Shown one piece after another: positions 57,183-64,000 of a stretch of DNA of 64,000 nucleotides. The notes under the pieces were generated by a model. It was not told where the DNA came from, made no database searches, and saw only the letters and a list, made by a program, of their open reading frames with translations. Source of the DNA: an uncultured Christensenellaceae bacterium (GTDB lineage Bacteria; Bacillota; Clostridia; Christensenellales; Borkfalkiaceae); contig CAJUOY010000008.1 in assembly GCA_910588645.1 (NCBI GenBank), forward strand, positions 8,946-72,945, in the 5' to 3' direction. The position numbers and the translations under genes are program-made. Position 1 is the stretch's first letter. Each line of letters starts with the position of its first letter.

Positions 57183-59594
57183 ATGAAAGCACCTTTAAGT
57201 TGGTTAAAAGAATACGTAGATATAGACGTCACCGCAGAAAGATTACAGGAGTTGCTCTTCTCATGCGGTTTCGAAGTGGAAGAACTGATAAACATCGGCA
57301 AAGATATTTCCGGCGTGGTTGTAGGCGAAGTAGTAGAATGCGAACCTGTTGAAGGCACTCACCTTCACGTATGCAAAGTGGATTGCGGAGACAAGGGAAT
57401 TTTCAACATTTGCTGCGGCGCAGATAACGTAAAAAAAGGTATTAAAGCCCCCTGCGCGCTTGTAGGAGCGACAGTCTATGCCACGGCAAAGGATCACATT
57501 ACGATAGAAGGCGTTACCACTATTAAAAAAGGTAAACTCCGCGGAATAGAATCCGAAGGTATGCTGTGTTCGGGCATAGAACTCGGAGTAAACGGAGATA
57601 TGTACGAAGGCGCGGACTATTGCGGACTACTGCTCCTCCCCTCTTCCTTAAAAAACGGCGAAGACGTAAAAGCTGTCATTGGTTTGGACGACTATATATT
57701 CGATATAGGCGTTACCGCAAACCGCCCCGACTGCCAAAGTATTTTCGGCATAGCCCGCGAAGTCGCCGCAGTTTTGCAAAAGGACGTTAAAGAACCCGCC
57801 TATAATTACACTGCGGCAAAGGGGAATTACGAGAGCATTAAAATAACCGACTCTGCTCCCGACGTCTGCCCGCGTTATATCGGGCATTACGTCAAGGATG
57901 TAAAATGTATCTCCTCCCCTATGTGGCTGAAAAGAAGATTGGCTCTCTGCGGACTGCGCTCGATTAACGCAGTCGTAGACATCACCAATTACGTTTTGCT
58001 TGAATTAGGACAACCTATGCACGCGTTCGATATGCGCACTATCGAGGGACGGGAAATAAACGTTAGACGCGCCCGCGACGGAGAAACGATTATAACTCTC
58101 GACGGAAACGAATTTAAAATGAACAATGAAAACCTTGTAATATGCGACGGTAAAAAACCTGTTGCTATTGCAGGAGTTATGGGCGGTCAAAACAGCGAAA
58201 TACGCGAGGATACAACCGAAGTATTGTTCGAGGCAGCTAAATTTGCGCGCGACAGCGTGAGAAAGACGGCGAGAACCCTCGGACAGCACACAGATTCTTC
58301 CGCAATGTTTGAAAAGGGCGTAAACGAATATACGACCGAACGGGCAATGAAGCGCGCGCTGCATCTGATAGAAGAACTCGGATGCGGAACGGTAACAGAC
58401 CTGCACATAGACGTAAAGACGAAAAACTCGCACACCGCAGAAAAAACAATGCGGGCAAGCGTTTCCAAAATAAACGCACTTCTCGGAATACAGGTACCCG
58501 AAAGTGAAATGGTAAATATTTTAAAGAGGCTAAACTTCGGCGTCAAGCTTTGCGACGACGAACTTGACCTCACCGTACCCGGGTACCGAGAGGATATTGA
58601 CGGATACCCCGATATTGCGGAAGAGGTAATAAGATTTTACGGTTACGAAAATATAAAGGGCACGTTTATGCCCTCCGCCGCCGTCACGAACGGCGGACTG
58701 TCCGAAGATCAAAAAACCGAAGCGGCGCTCAAATCCCGACTTGTAGGCAAAGGATTTTATGAAATTTCGACTTACTCCTTCTACTCACCGAAAGATCTTG
58801 ACACTATGTTAATTCCTGCCGACGCAGCCGAAAGAAAAGCAATAAGAATTCTTAACCCCATAAGCGAAGATCTTTCGATAATGCGCACGACGCTTGCTCC
58901 CTCTATGTTGAACGTAATAGTTCGCAATCTCAGACGGGGAAATATGGAAGGCAAGCTGTTCGAACTAGGTAAAATTTATTTGGCAAAAAATAATCCGCTT
59001 TCGGATTTCCCTGAAGAAAAAAACGTACTTGCACTTGGAGTCTGGGGCAAGAGCGACTTTTTCGATTTAAAGGGAATAACCGAAAACATTGCGGGACTTT
59101 TCAATACGCGGTTCGAATACGAGCGTTGCGAGAAACCATTCCTGCACCCCGGCATCACGGCTAAAATTATTTGTGAAGATGAAGAATTAGGTTATCTTGG
59201 AATGCTTTCGCCCGAAATTGCGGAAAGTCTTGCGCTTGAAAGATTTGCCTATATTTGCGAGATTGCCTACGATAAATTATTGAAACACGCCAAAGCATTT
59301 AAATACTCCCCTCTGCCTAAATTTACGGAAGTTTCACGCGATCTTGCCCTGACCTGCGAAACAGGAATTACTTGCGCCGAGATAGAAAAAGAAATATATT
59401 CGGCGTGCAAATATGTTACGGACGTCAGACTTTTCGACGTTTACGCCGGTGAACAGATAGGAAGCGGCAAAAAATCAATGGCTTTCAAAATTACGTTTAC
59501 CCCCAAGGACGGTCCAATAGACGATAAAATCGACGGCTTCGTCAAAAAGATCTTAAACAACCTCAAATTCAAACTTAATATAACTTTGAGATAA
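57183..59594 (+). CDS. pheT: Phenylalanine-tRNA ligase beta subunit
   Basis: 803 aa. MKAPLSWLKEYVD N-terminus, tRNA-binding OB, B3/4, B5 and FDX-ACB domains. Confidence 0.95.
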   Translation: MKAPLSWLKEYVDIDVTAERLQELLFSCGFEVEELINIGKDISGVVVGEVVECEPVEGTHLHVCKVDCGDKGIFNICCGADNVKKGIKAPCALVGATVYATAKDHITIEGVTTIKKGKLRGIESEGMLCSGIELGVNGDMYEGADYCGLLLLPSSLKNGEDVKAVIGLDDYIFDIGVTANRPDCQSIFGIAREVAAVLQKDVKEPAYNYTAAKGNYESIKITDSAPDVCPRYIGHYVKDVKCISSPMWLKRRLALCGLRSINAVVDITNYVLLELGQPMHAFDMRTIEGREINVRRARDGETIITLDGNEFKMNNENLVICDGKKPVAIAGVMGGQNSEIREDTTEVLFEAAKFARDSVRKTARTLGQHTDSSAMFEKGVNEYTTERAMKRALHLIEELGCGTVTDLHIDVKTKNSHTAEKTMRASVSKINALLGIQVPESEMVNILKRLNFGVKLCDDELDLTVPGYREDIDGYPDIAEEVIRFYGYENIKGTFMPSAAVTNGGLSEDQKTEAALKSRLVGKGFYEISTYSFYSPKDLDTMLIPADAAERKAIRILNPISEDLSIMRTTLAPSMLNVIVRNLRRGNMEGKLFELGKIYLAKNNPLSDFPEEKNVLALGVWGKSDFFDLKGITENIAGLFNTRFEYERCEKPFLHPGITAKIICEDEELGYLGMLSPEIAESLALERFAYICEIAYDKLLKHAKAFKYSPLPKFTEVSRDLALTCETGITCAEIEKEIYSACKYVTDVRLFDVYAGEQIGSGKKSMAFKITFTPKDGPIDDKIDGFVKKILNNLKFKLNITLR

Positions 59595-59595
59595 T

Positions 59596-59634
59596 AAAAA
59601 CCGTCCGCTATTAATAAGCGGACGGTTTTTATTT
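59596..59634. terminator. Bidirectional intrinsic terminator (pheT / yunB)
   Basis: Stem ccgtccgc / gcggacgg flanked by aaaaa and ttttt. Confidence 0.8.
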
Positions 59635-59644
59635 TAACGATTAA

Positions 59645-60310
59645 TCAATTATCGGGGACGAGAGCTCCCCCCCCGCCCAAAAGAGATCCCTGAAGATAGG
59701 TATCTGGAATTTTACCTGCGATAACGCTTTCACATATGAGCACCTCTATGGTAGACGCAAGATTTGTGCTTTTGGAAGGCAATATTATCGATATATCCGA
59801 AACTATCTCAAGATACAACGAATGCTTAGTCTGATTTATCCCGGCGTCTTCAAACTTGGACACAAAGCGACACTCGACATTTGAAATAGGAATAATTTTT
59901 ATATTGATTTTAGTACCGAAGCCCGCAAGCGCTTCCATACCCGTCAAAGCGCCTATAGGCACCATAATACCCTCTGCGCTCATTTTGTTTAAATTTTCCT
60001 GAGACAGATAGGCGGTATCCCTTGCTATTCGGTTTATTTTGAGACTGTCGGTGGTAATAGAAGTTACGTTCCCCTGCTCGTCACGGTCTATATAAATTAA
60101 ATCCTCATAGCGCATTGTGTCGTTAAGCGTGTAATATATGGCGTCGTTAACGGCCACGGTAGTTATCGATCGGATCGTCGCTTCGCTTATAGATATTAAA
60201 ACACGAGTAACGTTGCGTTGAAAATATATCAGTACAGCCAATATAAGCAGGCAAAATATTACGAGAAATACTTTAAAACGCCTGAATTTCTTGTTGCTTT
60301 TCTTTTTCAT
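59645..60310 (-). CDS. yunB: Sporulation protein YunB
   Basis: 221 aa. One N-terminal TM helix. The architecture and motifs (VPIGALTG...GTKINIKIIPI...GINQTKHSLYLEI...GKIPDTY) parallel B. subtilis YunB. Confidence 0.7.
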   Translation of the reverse strand: MKKKSNKKFRRFKVFLVIFCLLILAVLIYFQRNVTRVLISISEATIRSITTVAVNDAIYYTLNDTMRYEDLIYIDRDEQGNVTSITTDSLKINRIARDTAYLSQENLNKMSAEGIMVPIGALTGMEALAGFGTKINIKIIPISNVECRFVSKFEDAGINQTKHSLYLEIVSDISIILPSKSTNLASTIEVLICESVIAGKIPDTYLQGSLLGGGGALVPDN

Positions 60311-60337
60311 ATTACGGTCACCCCGTAATATTGTATG

Positions 60338-60721
60338 TCAGTTGCGCTTGGTTCTTGATTTAAAAATCAAAGCCATTATAAAAGCAAATACTACTGCGGC
60401 TGTGACTCCCGCGCTTGCGGCCGTGAGAGAGCCCGTTATTGCTGAAAAGAAACCCTTTTCAGCGCCTTTCATAGCACCGTTTGCAAGCAGATAACCAAAT
60501 CCGGAAATTGGAACCGTCGCACCCGCTCCGGCAAAATCAACGAGAGGTTGATAAACACCTATTGCCGTAAGAATTATACCCGCTATCATAAAGTAGACGA
60601 GAATTTTACCTGCCGTAAGATCGGTAAAGTTTATTATTATCTGCGCTATTAGGCATATTCCGCCTCCGACGACAAACGCTTTGATAAACTGAAACAGTAT
60701 ATCCAACATTTCATTTCCCAT
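60338..60721 (-). CDS. spoVAE: Stage V sporulation protein AE
   Basis: 127 aa membrane protein. AGAGATVPISGFG motif. Follows spoVAD. Confidence 0.85.
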   Translation of the reverse strand: MGNEMLDILFQFIKAFVVGGGICLIAQIIINFTDLTAGKILVYFMIAGIILTAIGVYQPLVDFAGAGATVPISGFGYLLANGAMKGAEKGFFSAITGSLTAASAGVTAAVVFAFIMALIFKSRTKRN

Positions 60722-60722
60722 A

Positions 60723-61718
60723 TTACACCTCCAACTGCACGGCGTGACTTATACAGGGAATACTCTCTCCCTGTCCAGAAGAAACAGTGGAAAGCAATGC
60801 GCCCGTCGCCGCAAATAGCACACGTTTATACAGTCCTGCAGACATCTTGGAGAGAATATAAGAATTCAACACTGTTGCGGAACAACCTGCGCCGCTTCCG
60901 CCCTGAAACTCTTTTTCTATAACCTTATAGACAATTTCGCCGCAGTCAACGTGATTAACGGAAATATCGAAACCTTTTTCCCAGGTAAGATCCTTTACTA
61001 TCCTACTGCCCAATGCACCGAGATCGCCGGTCAAAATCAAATCGTAATCTTCCGGCTCCGTATCCGTATCCTTAAAATGACGAATTAACGTGTCCGCGGC
61101 GGCAGGAGCCATTGCTGCGCCCATATTATTTACGTCCGTAACTCCGTAATCGCAAACCTTACCCATAGTGCCGTTAACCACTTTTATCCCCTGCGATTCG
61201 TTTGAAATTACGCAGCTGCCTGCGCCCGTTACAGTCCACTGAGCCTGCGGAGGACGGGTACACCCCAACTCCAACGGGTACCTGTACTGACGCTCTGCAG
61301 AGGCAAAGTGACTGCCCGTTGCGGCAACCACCCTGTTTACGTAACCCGCGTTTACAAGCATTGCTCCAAGCAGTATACTTTCACTCATTGTAGAACAGGC
61401 AGAATATACGCCTAAAAAAGGAAAATCGTAATCTCTTGCCGCAAAGCTTGCCGATATTATCTGATTGAGAAGATCACCCGAAAGCATTACGTCGATATCT
61501 TTTTCGGTATATCCACCCTTTTCTATAGCAAGCGAGATAGCCGTGGTAAGCATTTTGCACTCAGCCTTCTCAAACGTACTCTCCTCGTACATATCGTCCT
61601 GTAAAGTTATGTCTGCGTACGATCCCAATATTCCTTCCTTCTCCTTTGAACCGCATACCGCTGCAAATGAAGTGATTTTAGGAGCATTATTAAAAAATAC
61701 AGTATTGCCTTTTTTCAT
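60723..61718 (-). CDS. spoVAD: Stage V sporulation protein AD
   Basis: Thiolase-like fold protein (GSKEKEG, DYDLILTGDLG, GGSGAGCSA). Start trimmed to ATG 61718 (MKKGNTVFF), which overlaps the spoVAC stop by 1 nt. Confidence 0.9.
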   Translation of the reverse strand: MKKGNTVFFNNAPKITSFAAVCGSKEKEGILGSYADITLQDDMYEESTFEKAECKMLTTAISLAIEKGGYTEKDIDVMLSGDLLNQIISASFAARDYDFPFLGVYSACSTMSESILLGAMLVNAGYVNRVVAATGSHFASAERQYRYPLELGCTRPPQAQWTVTGAGSCVISNESQGIKVVNGTMGKVCDYGVTDVNNMGAAMAPAAADTLIRHFKDTDTEPEDYDLILTGDLGALGSRIVKDLTWEKGFDISVNHVDCGEIVYKVIEKEFQGGSGAGCSATVLNSYILSKMSAGLYKRVLFAATGALLSTVSSGQGESIPCISHAVQLEV

Positions 61719-62167
61719 TATACAAACAGATATACGAGTCCCACGAGTACTCCGGAAAATACCCCAAAAACGATTATCGCGCCGGCAACGGTGAACATTT
61801 TCGCCGCCATACCGTATATCCAACCCTCCGTTTTAAATTCTATTGCCGGCGAAGTTACGCTGTTTGCAAAACCGGTAATCGGAACTATCGATCCTGCACC
61901 CGCGTATCTCCCTATTCTGTCATAAACTCCCAGTCCCGTTAAAAAACAGCCAAGGAATATAAGAACAATCGAGGTTGCGCCCGCAAGCTCGTCCCCCGTT
62001 AGCCCCGCATATTCGAACATATATCTTATAAACTGTCCTATACAACATATTAGTCCGCCCACGCCGAATGCGGCGGCGCAATTTTTAAAATGTTGCGTAG
62101 GCGGATCCTGCGTCTTTACGTACTGTAAATAATTCGAATTAAAGTTGTCATTGGATTTGCCTGTCAT
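61718..62167 (-). CDS. spoVAC: Stage V sporulation protein AC
   Basis: Membrane protein with AGAGSIVPITGFAN motif. Start set to ATG 62167 with a GGCGGTG SD. The ORF track starts at an upstream GTG at 62218. Confidence 0.85.
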   Translation of the reverse strand: MTGKSNDNFNSNYLQYVKTQDPPTQHFKNCAAAFGVGGLICCIGQFIRYMFEYAGLTGDELAGATSIVLIFLGCFLTGLGVYDRIGRYAGAGSIVPITGFANSVTSPAIEFKTEGWIYGMAAKMFTVAGAIIVFGVFSGVLVGLVYLFV

Positions 62168-62242
62168 TCTTTTCACCGCCCTGTTTGGTAGTTTTATATA
62201 AAGTTTCGCGTTCGTCACGGCGCGTCAGATCAAAATCTTTCT

Positions 62243-63082
62243 TCATTGATGGAACATCCTTTCGTTAATTTTTAAAGTTACCTTTTCCGGCATTACGCGG
62301 GTAAACAGGCGCAATACCGTATTCTTCACTCCGCATATTTTAATGACGGGAGGCTTGTCCGAAACAAGAACGTTATAAATTATTTCCGCAACTTCATCGG
62401 GAGACATTCCGCTCTGTTCCATATTTGCGAGAGCCGCAACTGCTTTGTGGACATTACCCGAATACGACTTATTCTCATCGTCGGAATAAACCTTTCTCTT
62501 ACTTGTAAAATTTGTTGCCGTCCCGCCGGGTAAGATTCCCGTAACCTTGATATTATAAGGTCTCAGTTCCGAATATGCGGCCCTGCTCAACATTTCGAGC
62601 GCGGCTTTTGATGCCGAATAGAAACAATCGAAACAGATAGGCACGTCCCCTCCAAGCGATCCGACGAGAACTATTCTTCCGCCTTTACTTTTAAAAAGCG
62701 GAATGACAGCCTGCATACATTGCAGAGCGCCGAAGAAATTTACGTCGAAAAGATAACGATAATCGCTCTCCTTAGCATATTCTATAGGTGCGGCCATAGA
62801 GAAACCCGCGCTGTAAACAAGCGCGGATATTTCGTATTTCTGCGAAGCAAGACCTATCGCGTCCGCCAAAGCGTTACCCGCCGCCGCGTCCGCGGTATAG
62901 TTTACAACCTTGGAGTTTTTACACGGCGTGCGGGAAATATTAACAACGTTCCAACCGCGGTTTACAAGCCTTAAGCAAGTTTCATATCCTATTCCGGAAC
63001 TTCCGCCGACAACAACCGCAGTCTTTTTCCCTGATACCTTTTCCATACCCGTATTTTGCGGTAAATTCAGGGAATTATTCAC
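62243..63082 (-). CDS. SDR family oxidoreductase
   Basis: GGSSGIGYE (TGxxxGIG) and YSASKAA (YxxxK) motifs. The start may be the internal ATG at 63046. Confidence 0.85.
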   Translation of the reverse strand: MNNSLNLPQNTGMEKVSGKKTAVVVGGSSGIGYETCLRLVNRGWNVVNISRTPCKNSKVVNYTADAAAGNALADAIGLASQKYEISALVYSAGFSMAAPIEYAKESDYRYLFDVNFFGALQCMQAVIPLFKSKGGRIVLVGSLGGDVPICFDCFYSASKAALEMLSRAAYSELRPYNIKVTGILPGGTATNFTSKRKVYSDDENKSYSGNVHKAVAALANMEQSGMSPDEVAEIIYNVLVSDKPPVIKICGVKNTVLRLFTRVMPEKVTLKINERMFHQ

Positions 63083-63111
63083 CTAAAATCCCAATATATT
63101 CCTGTAACCGA

Positions 63112-63885
63112 TCAGCCGAAGGCCAAATCGAGTATCATCATAAGCGCGAAGCCCGCTATTACGCCTATTGTAGCTTTAACTTTGCCCTGAGCAAAACTTT
63201 CGGGTATAAGTTCGGAACACACTACCGCAAGCATAGCGCCCGCCGAGAATGACAAAGCCCAAGGCAGTATACCGTTTACTGCGGTTACGGCAAGCGCGCC
63301 TATCACGCCCGCGACTATTTCCACCGCGCCGGACATTTGACCTATCAAAAAGGACTTGCTTCTCGACAGCCCGTTGGCACGCAAAGGAAAAGCGACACAC
63401 ATACCTTCCGGAAAGTTTTGTATACCTATTCCTACTGCGAGCATAACGGCCGCAACCGCTTCTACGGTCTGCCCCGAAGCCAACGCCCCGAAAGCCACAC
63501 CAACCGCCATTCCCTCCGGAATATTGTGCATAGTCACGGCTATACACATTACTGCGCAACCGCGCTTTTTCGCGTTCCCCGCAAACATATGTAATCTGTC
63601 AATGACTATATCGGTGACGATTATCAGCGCGCCGCCCAAAACAAAACCGCAGGTAAGTATCAGATATGCATAATCCCCGCCCATTTCCATAGCGGGTATA
63701 AGTAACGAAAAGAACGTAGACGCGAGCATTATCCCAGCAGCACTGCTCATCATAAAAGAAAATGTATTCGCGCTTACGTTTTTATATATAAACACGAGAA
63801 GTGCGCCCGCAGCGGTCATAAGCCAGGTAAACCCCGTGCCCATTAGCGCAAGCTGCCAACCCGTAAAATTGTTCAGCCATTCCAT
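63112..63885 (-). CDS. ZIP family metal transporter (ZupT-like)
   Basis: 257 aa polytopic protein. MHNIPEGMAVG and IQNFPEGM motifs. Confidence 0.9.
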   Translation of the reverse strand: MEWLNNFTGWQLALMGTGFTWLMTAAGALLVFIYKNVSANTFSFMMSSAAGIMLASTFFSLLIPAMEMGGDYAYLILTCGFVLGGALIIVTDIVIDRLHMFAGNAKKRGCAVMCIAVTMHNIPEGMAVGVAFGALASGQTVEAVAAVMLAVGIGIQNFPEGMCVAFPLRANGLSRSKSFLIGQMSGAVEIVAGVIGALAVTAVNGILPWALSFSAGAMLAVVCSELIPESFAQGKVKATIGVIAGFALMMILDLAFG

Positions 63886-63928
63886 CCGAAGAATTTCCTC
63901 ACGTAAAATATCAATTAATATATTGTAT

Positions 63929-63969
63929 GAAAGAAAAGCCGCCCGGCGTGTAGTTTCACGCCGGGCGGT
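63929..63969 (-). terminator. Intrinsic terminator of a minus-strand gene lying beyond the right edge of the window
   Basis: 11-12 bp GC-rich stem ccgcccggcgt / acgccgggcgg. On the minus strand it is followed by ttttctttc. Confidence 0.6.
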
Positions 63970-64000
63970 TGAATTTTGTAATATTAATCTGAATTTATAT

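Noticed and set aside
1-64000. CRISPR arrays, transposases, integrases, prophage genes, toxin-antitoxin pairs, rRNA or tRNA genes
   Set aside because: I looked for regularly spaced direct repeats, terminal inverted repeats, recombinase motifs and cloverleaf-sized gaps. All gaps over 100 nt are accounted for by promoters, leaders, the SRP RNA, the T-box or terminators, and no such element is visible.

Overview
The window reads as a core chromosomal segment of a spore-forming Clostridia-class Bacillota genome. Evidence: spoVAC/AD/AE and yunB, a single-chain large PurL, a long Bacillus-type SRP RNA, a T-box leader, and Gram-positive sigma-A promoters. GC content looks moderate by eye but was not computed.

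Coding is dense and mostly on the minus strand. From left to right:
- dtd, efp, an M24 peptidase and an Nfo-like TIM barrel.
- The ribosome-maturation/translation operon: rimP, nusA, ylxR, ylxQ, infB, rbfA, a DHH protein, truB, ribF. A PolC-like exonuclease sits where polC is normally found.
- ispG and nrdR.
- A complete purE-C-F-M-N-H-D-L operon.
- mscL.
- A NitT/TauT-type ABC importer headed by a small ACT-like protein.
- An aconitase-family hydratase.
- feoA-feoA-feoB plus a 52-aa Cys-rich peptide that is missing from the ORF track.
- A histidine kinase / OmpR-type two-component pair.
- A plus-strand pair: radical SAM protein plus TIGR03915-like putative DNA repair/modification protein.
- mrp/apbC.
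- SRP RNA.
- A natAB-like ABC exporter, then uppP.
- A 712-aa lipoprotein.
- mfd, pth, prs, tadA, an M14 peptidase, rlmH and a CPBP protease.
- A split class I fumarate hydratase.
- A T-box (Phe) leader followed by pheST.
- yunB and spoVAE/AD/AC.
- An SDR oxidoreductase and a ZIP transporter.

I found no rRNA, tRNA, CRISPR array, transposase, integrase or defence-island hallmarks. I do not see a clear-cut new multi-gene system. The items most worth follow-up are:
- the uncharacterised radical-SAM/TIGR03915-like cassette with a weak LexA-like palindrome;
- the polymerase-less PolC-like protein in the polC slot;
- the roughly 295-aa polyacidic tail fused to RibF;
- a terminator-like, SD-sequestering leader in front of the ACT-like/ABC operon;
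- a candidate leaderless mRNA.

Several ORF-track starts use TTG/GTG or over-extended N-termini. I trimmed these using Shine-Dalgarno position and family N-termini. All family assignments come from motif recognition by eye, not database searches.
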